Part shown: positions 23,401 through 33,203 of the stretch, in pieces
How the letters are laid out: each line of letters begins with the position of its first letter
How positions within the stretch are numbered: the first letter of the stretch is position 1
Virus record (IMG/VR): IMGVR_UViG_3300013132_000033
Location: 1 to 64,000 of that record
Source of the DNA: a virus
Length of the DNA: 64,000 nt
Reading direction: 5' to 3' (one strand)
Program-made: the position numbers and the translations under genes
Notes under the pieces: model-generated
What the model was told of the DNA's origin: nothing
Databases searched by the model: none
What the model saw: only the letters and a program-made list of their open reading frames with translations

Positions 23401-23953
23401 AAAAAATGCTCAAGTAGATGAAGATGGTTTTATAATTGATATTATAGATGATAATTTTACAATGTATACTTATGGTTTAAGAGGAGTCGATGCTGTTGAT
23501 CGCGATGGTTATTTTAGCGTTAGTATAACTATTCCTAATACAATACCTGTTGCAACAGTTAAAAATGTAATGAAAAATACAATTGATGGTTTTGCTAAAG
23601 AAATGATTTTAAAGTATATACCAGATTTATCAAGAGATATGAATATAGGGTTAAGCGCTTTAAATTTAGCAAAACAAGTTACTAAAAAAGAATTTAATGA
23701 TTTATTAGAAACTGTTAAAACTAATTTTACAACAGTTACTACAAATGAATCTTTATCTCAGCAAAATGTTGCAACAAAACCTAAATCAAAAAAATTAACA
23801 CCTGCTGAAATTAAAGCTAATTTAAAATCAATTAATGAATCAAGTGCTCCAATAATAAGTAAAAAGCCAACTAAAATTAATAAAACTATAGATCCAGAAG
23901 TATTACTAGAGAGATACGTAAACAATAACATAATTCAAAAGAATTGTAAATGA
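17492..23953 (+). CDS. giant virion cargo protein (RNAP-associated ejection protein)
   Basis: 2153 aa; Gly/Ala-rich hydrophobic N-terminal region with EGxxEEGxQ motif, long coiled coils; adjacent to the vRNAP. Confidence 0.6.
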   Translation: MAKVVGTAAGTSYDPLAASQQELQNLGLAPTKHNTEFSLTSETTGLNEFNNIDLGQYDKPPSLYSNDAQASSILNEMRAQNQGAGEQFLKGVGRVASTAITELFKVPGYLGGALGSSLMEGDFIENTVDNAWVNAFQSLDENIKESIPIYLTKEVEEGGIGRKLMSSAWWSTTGADGIGFLLSMYAPGKVIGALGSGLKLARGVEAIANSSKLGSKLARLSGLVDNAATFTEQGLKVTGKGVGKLESLATVATNTFVESAAEAANTFDNVKEAYMRNNPNATEEEAKKVAGDQAAAVMKANIAVLAISNYFDELTLFNGFGKGDAAIKNSIFGKLTKDGIIDFTDLSKIEKYGFRQWASKELPAKVAASFAKEGFFEEGLQTKIQQHYEKKAAGETSENFFDDVIGNYFHSLLSDIEMQEAVVLGGILGGGAGVIGSYSDMKNTERFLRGGEAYTPNFFGKMLGRKPREATKGFLDLANENFIQSTRSLKDIAELEDDGRIKFQTKQKEIIDPVTGKTVIQDVQVPVINQDKLKNLMEEKSSMLQLVTLHSILSQAGEVEQAEVYKQLIDYARFTPFIQQEGGYEVLEAFIKSGKLTELEANQILENENRTITDAEKQDITNGMLKQAKLFKDVYDEVNRTFIPEKYVKPDDKEQYNAWKQTAFNRKLQNLLASKNLTQQMFNIKNKYGDFELTEDDYNTLTPDEALNKKRSKDVYDNLAKQWQDAKETYLKLSDANGLRNDYEEFKKEKEEELTKVGKELKDSTQEALDDNTATSKFKETLQYSGYNVTDSTNGFNAAGLDGNQIVLERNSDNKNVILTPINNNGVIDYVMVNDDGTSTLVTKNGIFSKSFLDSMSVVIADNAKEQIEKAKIQQLKNEKLRTLELLQEFQKQNYKEGKERLQELDKLFASTYEEISKYNDQLNDAVNGVNARKAGNSTATNQAVDRAVIEGLLNQAFERYNALNNERQFLVTTLANITKLTVEYENIANNIRENPEYDLEKELKDITKNIEEFTKDGKELLDGINLIETQTEALEKHIGFLNFTLDAFKGFSGLMKVNRKEWKKAFAEISKIIQDKTILEDLSMVKNQIDKNRNNVSIYNKYSKIITDINTLNPDLLPLFINKLKEYEISDDELINTYGLGAETLDLINNKILLSNQRVIELRQALTKLLNTNFTDLKEYIALASLVSQKLFTLYYNAEHDFISNSIDRSQQAPLISTEVNIVPDVNDIFAQGNLPETMYSTTGVSVKYDDNGNDQITAEGFPALTDFKHQRNWFYTIDKLANSITDYQLKVVKAVWDSNDEIQRVLQENNPNPQNRGDNDLFVVLVDKDGKYVRIDDDNNIGDKGSPVFTSISRPERMFPPGSKAKVQTRYLLNFYLKSKGVNRIRYDSDLADKAVNVQLSEIFNSAELKQLGLDVDNTLNDLLNASIILAEKTYKDQYETYSKKQPTLQIQGISKGYRVYQLDENGVKKQFKPLDNISEISLKSDNFTSGQLQGGRLAIATEASVKGPNNTRIKLPPGTVYLTLTNNEVIPLTQRKINDNEAKVIMYLLSQSAGKSLKEFKVDIKNSDGSDFNYTIGTNTLSSPFNVFYTKAFNAPSFSLLNTFIHYGLKPKGQSPNGQLYINSNKIYYTTFAGENKVLEISDLTKALTLDNPQEFNSDVQEFYDFLLSKNFNIDSSLLNNNGKFAYPTYTKNGLSFDTSQTYYSFLFDNVVTTTITKKEGYPNRLQRNLSFGNQSNQNKNRSKKPAASAQTNPTTKQAPTPPVISVENQPTSLEGSKPVDKKADIKKDRYYNSPANRMVRVQKESQNTNVTQEEIDEIEAVIEKAKELGWDKNRLFTQLSKMGYSYALGVNPEAFRNYLEDRLSGKTNIKVTSEYNFFEQLDAELAALENSTSQSQPVTSVVNKPLTDESTIDIHINGLFYGGFMPDNAYRFKGSSVTSAEKIQANVNRDLRSHFSFQNFNGPPAKKNAQVDEDGFIIDIIDDNFTMYTYGLRGVDAVDRDGYFSVSITIPNTIPVATVKNVMKNTIDGFAKEMILKYIPDLSRDMNIGLSALNLAKQVTKKEFNDLLETVKTNFTTVTTNESLSQQNVATKPKSKKLTPAEIKANLKSINESSAPIISKKPTKINKTIDPEVLLERYVNNNIIQKNCK

Positions 23954-26900
23954 GTTGTACCTACATATACAACGGTAGAGAATATAGTCGCACAGGGGTC
24001 TTGAGAGCATTATCTCAAGGCCCTTCGGCTATGTCAAAATCCGCAATGGATTTTTTAACAACTAAACTTGGGATGTCGCCATCTGAAGTAGAAGTTGTAA
24101 CAGGACTTATTGATAATAAAGCTTTAGGTCAATTTACTGAAGACGGTCGTATTCTTTTAAGTACTATGGCTGACGATTCTGTAGCTTATCATGAAGCTTT
24201 TCACAGAGTATTTAGAATGTATTTAACTCCTGAAGAAAGAGAATCTTATTATAAAGAATTTAGAAAAAAATCTAATTATAAACAATTGTTAGATAAGTAT
24301 CGTAAAGATTACGGTAACAATGAAGAAGAATTAATTGAAGAGTATTTTGCAGATGAATTTGCAGATTATGTATTAAATAACGGTAATGTTAAAGTAGATC
24401 CTGAAGCTAAATCTTTATTTGAAAAATTAATAATGTTTTTAAAAAAATTATTTGGTTTAAATAAAAAAGATGTTCGCAAATTATATTCTCAAATCGAACG
24501 TGGAGATTTTGCAAGAAAGTATAATAAATATGATTATGTCAAACCTGCTTATAAAGTAGTAATTGATAATCAAGAATTTGACTACATTCAGAAAAATGAT
24601 TTTGTAGAATTTGCATCTTCGATTTTTGTTGAAAGTTTAATTAATCAAGATAGTATTTATGGATTAATTAATAATAACTTTTCAAAAGATAGTATTAAAT
24701 CATTATTAGATTATTCTGTAAATACAGCTTTACAATTTATTCAAAATGATGATTTATTAACTGCTATTTACAATGATTACAATAGTGCTGATAGTTATAT
24801 ATTAGATCAAATTCAAGGTCATCTTAGTGGATTAATAGGTAAGATAAATATTAAAACAACAGCTAAAGTTAGCGATGAAATAGATGTATTAGATATAGTT
24901 GCTGATAATATTGCTGAACAAGAAGGTGACGTAAATACAGAATTAGGTAGAGCTAATGACGATGCTAATAATGAATTTACAAGATCTGTTGAAATAGATA
25001 TTAGATTATCTATGTCAAGAGCAGTTAAGTTGTTATTGTCAACATTAGATACAAATGAAACATCTTCAATAGGAACTTTTAGAAAATTAAAATGGTCACA
25101 AGCATTTAATAAATTATCTCAAGAATTATCAGGAGTTCCTTCTCAAGACTTAATTAAACATTTAAGTACATTACAGTATCCTTGGGTAAATGATTTAGTA
25201 AATCAATTAGGAGGTGTTGAAATAGATTCTAATATATCAGATGATGTTTTAAGATTAAGAAATGATTTTATTAAAACTTTTAATCTTACTACTACTACAT
25301 ACTTAATGTCTGAAATTACTTCAGATAATATTAAATTATTTGACGCTAACCAAAACACATATCAGAAAAGAAAACTTAACGAGTGGTCAACAGCAATGCA
25401 AAAAGTTATTGCAAATACTCCTCAAGGATTTTCTGAATGGGTAAATAATTTAAGAGCTTTAAAAAATAATTCAAAATCTACTATACAACAATATGAAAAT
25501 ATATTAGGTATAAATATAAATGATAATTTAAAAGAATTTGATGTATTATTAAATGATCATGATTGGCAAGGTACATTAGAAAGTATTGCTATATACATAC
25601 TCAGATCTGTTGATACAAATAACTTTTCAAATGAAAACCCGCCAAATTATACAAATTTGTTTGGAGATAAAAATTTTGATATAGAAGGTATATTAAAACA
25701 ACTTGCCGATAAACAAAAGTTTTATGAAGATGCTGTTGATAATATGGTAACAGCTAGAGGAAAGAATTTTTATAGTATTACTCAAAATACATTAACTACT
25801 AATACTATTAATTCATTGAATTATGTTGCTCGTAAAATACAAGCTAACAGAACTATGACAATGAATGAAAAGTTAAGTTTAGTAGACAAGTATCTTCCAG
25901 GAATATTAAACTATCAAACTATAAATCAAGTAGGTGATAAAATTGAAATCAATTCAATTTGGTTAGATCATATTCTTAAGGGTAATGAAATTAAACTAAG
26001 TGTAATGCTTGGTATTAAAAATTCAAAAAATGAAGAATCTGATTTAAGTGATATAGATGAATTAGATTTACAGTCTACTACATTAAATATGGCTTTAAGA
26101 GGTGTTAATATTTCTATGAAACACTCTGACAGAAGTATTTTTTATGCTTATCAATTAGTTGGTAAAAATATGTTATTTGATGATGCTAAATATTCAACTA
26201 AAGATGCAATTTTAAATTACTTAACTTCTTATTTTAGTGCACAATTAGCTGCTGAAATAAGACGTGCTAAGTTACCTACTCATAATATACAATACGCAAA
26301 AAATAATTATAATAGGTCAATGTTGTTTCCTGAATTTGGAGCATTGACTGAATTGCAAATTAACGATAAAACTAATGCTGCTATAAAAGAAAAGTTATCA
26401 AATGCTTTTAATAATTACATGAAAGATTTAAATTATTGGGGAGTATTAGATAAAGCCTCTAAAAATAAAGTATTAGGTTTAAGTGATGAATATCAAGGTA
26501 ATATTGAAAATGAAGTTGTAAAAGCATTTGCTAATCAGTTATTATCTCACTTAGAAGAGATGAAAATTTTTCTTGGTGATTTTGTAGGTTTTAAATCTGC
26601 TGATGACTTTTATAAAAGAATGTCTACTACTAGTGGTACTGGTAATAATATGGTAATGGAAGATAGTTTAAATGAAATTATTGCTAGTAAAAATAATGTT
26701 GAATTTACAATTGTAAATCCTAGAACAGGTAAAAGTCAAACAATAAAATATACTCGTCCTGTAGATGGTACTTTTAATGCAATGACATTAGAAGAAGAGT
26801 CTAATTATCAATCGCCTTTAGCTACAGAATTAAAATATAAATCACCTATTGATAATAGTGATGTATCTACAATTCAGTATGTATTTGAGAAAAACTTTTT

Positions 26901-29900
26901 AGAAGATAATCCTAACCCTACTCAAGAACAATTAGACCAAGTTAAAAAACTATCTGAAAGTTATAACGATGTTTATAAAAATATTAATGAAAATGATGGA
27001 CAATCTTGGGTAAATATGTTTTTCTATCGTGAGTACATGATTCGTCAATCTTTATGGACTCCTGAAATGGAAAACTTGTTTACAGTAGAATTAAAATTAT
27101 TAACTGCTAAATCTTACGATGATATTATAGATTTAACTGTTACTGTTGACGGTAAAGAAATTAAAGTATTTGATTGGGATAACTGGAAAGAAACTAAAGA
27201 TAGTTTACCTTTATTTGAATCGGTACATACTTTAAAACCACAATACGCAGGATTTTCTAAAACATATTTAGATTACGCTAACGAAACAGCGTTATCATTT
27301 AATCAGCGCGTTAGTCCATATACTATTTTTAAAACATCTTACCATGTATTATGGCCATCTACTGTAGTAAATACTAACTTGAGTCAGATGCATCATTTTA
27401 TGTTAACTAATAATGTAGATGTAATTCATATGGGTTCAGCAAATAAATCTGGAGCCATTGATATTAAATCTGTATTTAAACAACAAGAATCTAACTTAAA
27501 TGATCGTCAAAAAAATGTAATTAGTAAAGGTTTTACATTTTATGATGAAGATGGTTATTTTAATGATACTATATTTGAAAATACTGTTGGACAACAATTA
27601 TTACAGCAATCTATGACTAAAGCTTATTTTAACTATCTTAAAGATCAGGTTAAAATAGGCAATCATGAAAAAACAACTATTAAAGGTTCTACACAAAGTT
27701 TAAAAATTCTTATTTCCAATTTATATGATGATGGTAAACCAAGGTTTCAAATTGCTCAAACAATGCTATCTCATTATAAAGAAGTTATATCAGCATTAGT
27801 AAATAATGCAATTAACGAATTAAAAAAAGAATTAACTGATGAACAAGGTAAAATTGAATTACAAAAACTTGTAGATGTTGTAAAACAATCTGCAGAAGAT
27901 CGTAGTAGTCCAATAAATATTATAGATGCTATTGAAGCATTTATAGATACTGAGTATATTGAAACATTACCTAATAAAAATAAAGTTGAAAATATTATTT
28001 ATTCTATTGTTACTAATAATGCTATTTCATTTAAACGTCCGGGTAATGCTTATCCATTAGTAGCATCAACTGGTTTTGAACCATTAGGTAGTCGTAAAAC
28101 AATGACTACAAATAATAATTTAAAATTTTATGAATTTGATATTAATAACGATGGTAAAATTAATAACTTAAAACCAGCTGATATTGCAATACCAATTCCT
28201 AAAGAATGGATTGAAAGCTTATTAAAAGCAGCTAATACAAAAAATATAGCACAAGCTATTAAATGGGCTAATAATAGAATAGCAAATGGTAAGCTAACAG
28301 TAACTGTTAAAGGATTACGTATTCCCAATCAAGGTTTATCATCAAATGATATATTTAACATTAAAGAATTTAAATTACCAACCAATGTATCATATGCAAT
28401 AGTACCTTCTGAAATTGTAGTTAAAGTGGGATCGGATTACGATATTGACAAGGAATCAGTTTATTGGGCAGATAGTGAAGACTTGTTTAACAATAATATT
28501 GATTCATTTATTTATAGTTTAAATGAATTTAATAATTACTCTCCAACAGATTTAAATAAAGTATTATTAAAATTAGAAAAACAAATTCTTACGCATCCAA
28601 GAAACGCTCACTTTTTACTATTACCTGTTATTGACGACTTGTTAAAAAAAGATGCTTTCGATGCTGTTGTAAGTAGTGATGCTAAAAAACCAACTACATT
28701 TTTTGATGCATTGACACCAAGTAAAAATGTTGAAAAAGCAATTCACTTCATCAAATCTAAATTAGGTGTTGGTGTTGTAGCATTAGATATTACAGGTCAC
28801 TCTATATTTACTTCAGAAAATATTAAAACAGCTTTACAAGTATATGATAAAAATGGAGAATTAATAGGTGATAGACATTTAATGTTTGATGGAATGTATA
28901 ATAACGATAGTTTAAGTTCTATTTATGATGCATCTAATCGTTTAATATCAGAAATACAATCTCAAACAATGACATCTCAAGTAGATGCTGGTAAAGATCC
29001 GTATGCTGTATTATTAGGTATTAATAGTCAAACTCTTGGACCTGTTATGTATCTTGTACGTAGAGGTGTGCCTATTATTCAAATTTTAAAATTTGTAAGT
29101 CATCCTATAGTAAAAAGATATTTAGAGTTACAACGTATTAATGAATCCATTACAAATAAACAACGGGGTAAAGAATTAACTAAACAAGAGTTAATTAAAA
29201 AATTATATAAAGAATTTGGTATACAAGAACCAGATCCAAAAACATTTTATTTAAATAAAGAACTAGGATTTACTGATGAAGATTTAGACCCTAAAAACAA
29301 AACAAGACAATACGAAATATTTAAATACTTTTTAGAAGTAGTTGATGAAACAACTCAATTTAATAGACTTAAAAATGCATTAACTGCTGATACTAAAGGT
29401 AGAAAAGATAGAGCTGCTGTTATTCAATTTGATTTATTATGGAAAACTGTAGTAAATGATCAGTTAATACCGTTAAGTGATTTAATTAAATTATACAAAA
29501 AAAGTGTAATAGCACCTTTCTTTAAAAGTCAAGCATTATATAAGGAATTTTACGGTTCTTTATATGCTATTAAAAATCAATTAGATAATATTATAGAACG
29601 TACAGAGTCAGGTTTAAAAGCAGATAAACGCGAAAAGTTTATTAGTACATTACATAATGATTTTATGCTGTACTTAATACAAAATTACGATTCTGATTTT
29701 AATAAACAAGACTTTGATACTTTATTAGGTTATACTAACGAACCATCTTTAGCAATGGAACTTAAAAGTGAAGAAGGATTTTTATTTAATCAATTGTACG
29801 CTTTAATGTCTGTTGAAAAAGATTCTTATTCTGGTAAAATGACTGATATTGTAAGACTGTTTGAAAGATCTTTAAATAGCATGGATACTAATGATTTGAT

Positions 29901-30981
29901 AGATGCTATGTTAGATCTTAAAACTGAAAATAAAGAATTGTATGAAAAACTAATTAGGATTAGTTTATATCAAGCTGGTTTTAATAACTCACCTTTTTCT
30001 TTAACAAAAATTATACCTGCTGTTAAAAGTAGTAAACGTAAAAATAATAAACTTGAAGAAATTGAGTTAGATTATTTATATGAAATTCAGAAAAAAGCTG
30101 TAAATATTTTAAACACCATATCATCAGAACAATTAAAAACTGATATAGAAATATTTGAACAACTATTTTTTAGAAATAATCCTACATATTTAAGAACTAA
30201 ACCTAACAAGAATGTACAAAACAGATTATTTTATGTATATGATGAAGTTCAAAATAAATTTGTTATTAAATATATTCCTGTAGATACTAGACAATCACAA
30301 AGAGAACTTGTTCAATTAGGTAATGCTTATAAGAAAAGATATTTTAGAGATGAGTATGTAGATATTTTTAGTACTGTAATTGAAGATGAAAAATCTGTTT
30401 TAAATAATGTATTTGAAGATGCTTTTATGACAGATACACAGATTGCTAATAATAAAGCTGTTATAGATTCTGATATTGCTAAGATAAAATCTACTGGTAA
30501 AACTGTAGTATTTCCTAAAGATGGTTTGGGTACAGGTTTAGCTGCTCTTAAAACTAAAGCTCCGCAAACTTATGCCTATTTAAAACAAAGATTGCTAGAA
30601 GAGTTTGGTTTTAATAATGATACCGGCACAATAACTACTCAACCTACTGCGCCAGTAGAAGAAAATGAAGATTTTGTTAATAGTATGTTTCAAACACAAC
30701 CTACGCAAGAAGAAATAGATGAATTTGTTAAAGAATGTAAAAAAGGAACAATGTCAGCAAATTTAGGTTTTAAACCATTAGCCAAACGAGGTTTAAATTT
30801 AGATTTTACTCCAGGTGGTAGTTGGACTTTAGAAAAAGATTTGAAAGGTTATCCAACACACGCTCAAGGTGGAGTTGATTTAAGATTTGATAGTGATGGT
30901 GTAGCATTCCACAATGGTACACATCATGTAAAAGCTAGTTGTGGATTATGTTTACCATCTTTAAATAAAATGAAACAATGA
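23950..30981 (+). CDS. virion-packaged DNA-dependent RNA polymerase (crAss-like) with N-terminal zincin-like domain
   Basis: 2343 aa; LRIPNQ...GSDYDIDK (crAss DFDID-type catalytic motif, ~28429-28452); NDGQ motif; N-terminal HEAFH...EExxADxF. Confidence 0.85.
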   Translation: MSCTYIYNGREYSRTGVLRALSQGPSAMSKSAMDFLTTKLGMSPSEVEVVTGLIDNKALGQFTEDGRILLSTMADDSVAYHEAFHRVFRMYLTPEERESYYKEFRKKSNYKQLLDKYRKDYGNNEEELIEEYFADEFADYVLNNGNVKVDPEAKSLFEKLIMFLKKLFGLNKKDVRKLYSQIERGDFARKYNKYDYVKPAYKVVIDNQEFDYIQKNDFVEFASSIFVESLINQDSIYGLINNNFSKDSIKSLLDYSVNTALQFIQNDDLLTAIYNDYNSADSYILDQIQGHLSGLIGKINIKTTAKVSDEIDVLDIVADNIAEQEGDVNTELGRANDDANNEFTRSVEIDIRLSMSRAVKLLLSTLDTNETSSIGTFRKLKWSQAFNKLSQELSGVPSQDLIKHLSTLQYPWVNDLVNQLGGVEIDSNISDDVLRLRNDFIKTFNLTTTTYLMSEITSDNIKLFDANQNTYQKRKLNEWSTAMQKVIANTPQGFSEWVNNLRALKNNSKSTIQQYENILGININDNLKEFDVLLNDHDWQGTLESIAIYILRSVDTNNFSNENPPNYTNLFGDKNFDIEGILKQLADKQKFYEDAVDNMVTARGKNFYSITQNTLTTNTINSLNYVARKIQANRTMTMNEKLSLVDKYLPGILNYQTINQVGDKIEINSIWLDHILKGNEIKLSVMLGIKNSKNEESDLSDIDELDLQSTTLNMALRGVNISMKHSDRSIFYAYQLVGKNMLFDDAKYSTKDAILNYLTSYFSAQLAAEIRRAKLPTHNIQYAKNNYNRSMLFPEFGALTELQINDKTNAAIKEKLSNAFNNYMKDLNYWGVLDKASKNKVLGLSDEYQGNIENEVVKAFANQLLSHLEEMKIFLGDFVGFKSADDFYKRMSTTSGTGNNMVMEDSLNEIIASKNNVEFTIVNPRTGKSQTIKYTRPVDGTFNAMTLEEESNYQSPLATELKYKSPIDNSDVSTIQYVFEKNFLEDNPNPTQEQLDQVKKLSESYNDVYKNINENDGQSWVNMFFYREYMIRQSLWTPEMENLFTVELKLLTAKSYDDIIDLTVTVDGKEIKVFDWDNWKETKDSLPLFESVHTLKPQYAGFSKTYLDYANETALSFNQRVSPYTIFKTSYHVLWPSTVVNTNLSQMHHFMLTNNVDVIHMGSANKSGAIDIKSVFKQQESNLNDRQKNVISKGFTFYDEDGYFNDTIFENTVGQQLLQQSMTKAYFNYLKDQVKIGNHEKTTIKGSTQSLKILISNLYDDGKPRFQIAQTMLSHYKEVISALVNNAINELKKELTDEQGKIELQKLVDVVKQSAEDRSSPINIIDAIEAFIDTEYIETLPNKNKVENIIYSIVTNNAISFKRPGNAYPLVASTGFEPLGSRKTMTTNNNLKFYEFDINNDGKINNLKPADIAIPIPKEWIESLLKAANTKNIAQAIKWANNRIANGKLTVTVKGLRIPNQGLSSNDIFNIKEFKLPTNVSYAIVPSEIVVKVGSDYDIDKESVYWADSEDLFNNNIDSFIYSLNEFNNYSPTDLNKVLLKLEKQILTHPRNAHFLLLPVIDDLLKKDAFDAVVSSDAKKPTTFFDALTPSKNVEKAIHFIKSKLGVGVVALDITGHSIFTSENIKTALQVYDKNGELIGDRHLMFDGMYNNDSLSSIYDASNRLISEIQSQTMTSQVDAGKDPYAVLLGINSQTLGPVMYLVRRGVPIIQILKFVSHPIVKRYLELQRINESITNKQRGKELTKQELIKKLYKEFGIQEPDPKTFYLNKELGFTDEDLDPKNKTRQYEIFKYFLEVVDETTQFNRLKNALTADTKGRKDRAAVIQFDLLWKTVVNDQLIPLSDLIKLYKKSVIAPFFKSQALYKEFYGSLYAIKNQLDNIIERTESGLKADKREKFISTLHNDFMLYLIQNYDSDFNKQDFDTLLGYTNEPSLAMELKSEEGFLFNQLYALMSVEKDSYSGKMTDIVRLFERSLNSMDTNDLIDAMLDLKTENKELYEKLIRISLYQAGFNNSPFSLTKIIPAVKSSKRKNNKLEEIELDYLYEIQKKAVNILNTISSEQLKTDIEIFEQLFFRNNPTYLRTKPNKNVQNRLFYVYDEVQNKFVIKYIPVDTRQSQRELVQLGNAYKKRYFRDEYVDIFSTVIEDEKSVLNNVFEDAFMTDTQIANNKAVIDSDIAKIKSTGKTVVFPKDGLGTGLAALKTKAPQTYAYLKQRLLEEFGFNNDTGTITTQPTAPVEENEDFVNSMFQTQPTQEEIDEFVKECKKGTMSANLGFKPLAKRGLNLDFTPGGSWTLEKDLKGYPTHAQGGVDLRFDSDGVAFHNGTHHVKASCGLCLPSLNKMKQ

Positions 30982-33200
30982 AAAATATAAATGTAGAAGC
31001 TGAAGGTTCAGAATTGATTTTAAAAAATTCAAATGGAGATTATGCTATTATTCCGGTTAAAGATCGTAATCGTGTAAAACAATTATTAAATGCAAAACGT
31101 TATAGTGAAATTGATAATTATGTTAGTAGTTTACCTAAAACTGCAGATTATGCTTCAGACGGTACACTTTTATTAAAACCATCTGAAAAAATAGAATCAC
31201 CACTTACAAGATCCGATCCTTTTAATCCTTACAGTGGTAAAGTATTAAAATCTAGAATGCCTTATAAAGAAGCACCTACAATTCAAACTGGAACTCCTGT
31301 ATTAGATACTAGAAAAAATTATCAAGAAGTTAGTGTAAAACCTGAAACAAGTAACCCAGTTACTAATACTGTAAATGTATTAAAAACTAATTTAAATCAA
31401 AATATTATAGATAGTTCTATACAAATTACTAAAGCTCAAGAATTGTATCAAAAACAAAAAGAAACTATAGAATTAGAAAAAAAGAATAAAGCTAATGAAC
31501 CTAAACCAATACCTAAATATTCAGGTTGTGTTGAAGGAATGTGTAGGGATATGGCAGAATCCAATAAAAAAGTATATGAAGATATGCGCAAGTTAAATAA
31601 CTTATATGGAGATGCTTGGGAAGTAAGTGATAATATGTATGGTAAAGAATTATATAATTCTTTAAAAGGAGGTAGTATACCTAACAATTTAGCTGTAAAT
31701 GATATTGTTATAATGTCTAGAAATTCATTTAGTACAGATAAAGCTCGAGGAATTCCTGAAAAAAATCAACATATTGGACGCATATCAAAAATAGAAAATG
31801 GTGTAGCATACGTCAAACATTATGTAGGCGCTAATAATGGAGGTTATTTAGAAGAACCTATTAATAATATTAGTAAATTTACTAAATATACACCTAGCAT
31901 TATTAAACGTAGTAGAGAGTTTGATGAAACAATTGTACCAACAAAAGGTAATTTTAAACTTGATAATTTATATGAACCAACAACAGTAGAAGCAGATGTA
32001 GTTAATTCTATGAATAACAATAAAGAAATTATTCAAAGTAAATTAAAATTAACTTCAGATGAATATGATCGTTTGGCTAAATTAGCGTATGGAGTTATTG
32101 GAGCAGAATCTAAATTTGGAGCTAGTAAACGAGCATTATATAGAATGGCTGTTCCAGATATTATTCAAAAAGGAGTTAAAGTAGTTGTAGACGCTAATAA
32201 ATTATCGGATTCATATGATGATAACTTAAATAATTTATCACAAGGTTACGGTTCTAACAAAGAATCTTCTCAATTTAATGTTGGTAGAATAGACGGTAAA
32301 AAAATGACTTTTGGTGAAATGAATAAAGATATTAAATCTAATACACTTTCTTTTGATAAATATGATCGAAATACTAACTATGCCTATCACGCATTTAATG
32401 TATTAGGGATTGATCCTGATAAATTAGAAAATGGTGATACTTCTTTTAAAGCTGTTATAGCTACATTATCTCAACATATTAAAAAGAATCCAAACATTAC
32501 TGATGAACAATTGCTTTCTAAATATACTGGTAAAAAAGGAGATGGATTAAAAGTTTATAAGAATGAAGTTGATCGTTATCAACGTAATATGAATGATAAA
32601 TCTAGTGATAATGTATCAAGATCTGGTATGGAAGATTTTTATGCTTGGGCTTCTGATTTAGCTAATAAAGGTAATGCTGGTATGAAAAAATTTAAAAATG
32701 AAGTGTTAGCTAAAGTTAGAGATGCTTCTCCATTGTCTGATAACGTAGATCAAATGGTTTATGATTTATTAGCTGGAGATGAAGATTTTACTGAAAAATC
32801 ATTAAATCAATCTACATATGCTGCATTAAAAGAAGTTGTTAAAAATAATTTAGCAAAAGGTAAAACTAATATTGAATATGGTGATTATAATACATCTAAA
32901 AATAAAAATTCAGATGTAGGAGCAGGTGGAGTCAGTATGACTAAAATTTTAGGTGATGATAAGTATGCTTTAAAAACATTATTAGGTCAGGCTACAATTA
33001 TTGATAAAGGTAATGGTATAGTTGAAGTAGTAGATCAATATAACTTTAATGATAAAGGTAAATCATTTGGTGTTGTAGATGATTTAATTAAACGTGGTGT
33101 AGGACCTTATCAAATCGCTAGAGCTTTATCACGTAATTACGGTGCAAGAGAAGGTCAAGGATCTAAAGTAAGAATTAGAATTAATCTTAATGAAGAATAA
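30978..33200 (+). CDS. putative virion-associated cell-wall hydrolase (CHAP/NlpC-P60-like plus lysozyme-like region)
   Basis: GCVEG...GDAW...DIVI...HIG pattern (Cys/His dyad); 'AYGVIGAESKFG' resembles a lytic transglycosylase catalytic helix. Confidence 0.5.
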   Translation: MKNINVEAEGSELILKNSNGDYAIIPVKDRNRVKQLLNAKRYSEIDNYVSSLPKTADYASDGTLLLKPSEKIESPLTRSDPFNPYSGKVLKSRMPYKEAPTIQTGTPVLDTRKNYQEVSVKPETSNPVTNTVNVLKTNLNQNIIDSSIQITKAQELYQKQKETIELEKKNKANEPKPIPKYSGCVEGMCRDMAESNKKVYEDMRKLNNLYGDAWEVSDNMYGKELYNSLKGGSIPNNLAVNDIVIMSRNSFSTDKARGIPEKNQHIGRISKIENGVAYVKHYVGANNGGYLEEPINNISKFTKYTPSIIKRSREFDETIVPTKGNFKLDNLYEPTTVEADVVNSMNNNKEIIQSKLKLTSDEYDRLAKLAYGVIGAESKFGASKRALYRMAVPDIIQKGVKVVVDANKLSDSYDDNLNNLSQGYGSNKESSQFNVGRIDGKKMTFGEMNKDIKSNTLSFDKYDRNTNYAYHAFNVLGIDPDKLENGDTSFKAVIATLSQHIKKNPNITDEQLLSKYTGKKGDGLKVYKNEVDRYQRNMNDKSSDNVSRSGMEDFYAWASDLANKGNAGMKKFKNEVLAKVRDASPLSDNVDQMVYDLLAGDEDFTEKSLNQSTYAALKEVVKNNLAKGKTNIEYGDYNTSKNKNSDVGAGGVSMTKILGDDKYALKTLLGQATIIDKGNGIVEVVDQYNFNDKGKSFGVVDDLIKRGVGPYQIARALSRNYGAREGQGSKVRIRINLNEE

Positions 33201-33203
33201 ACA

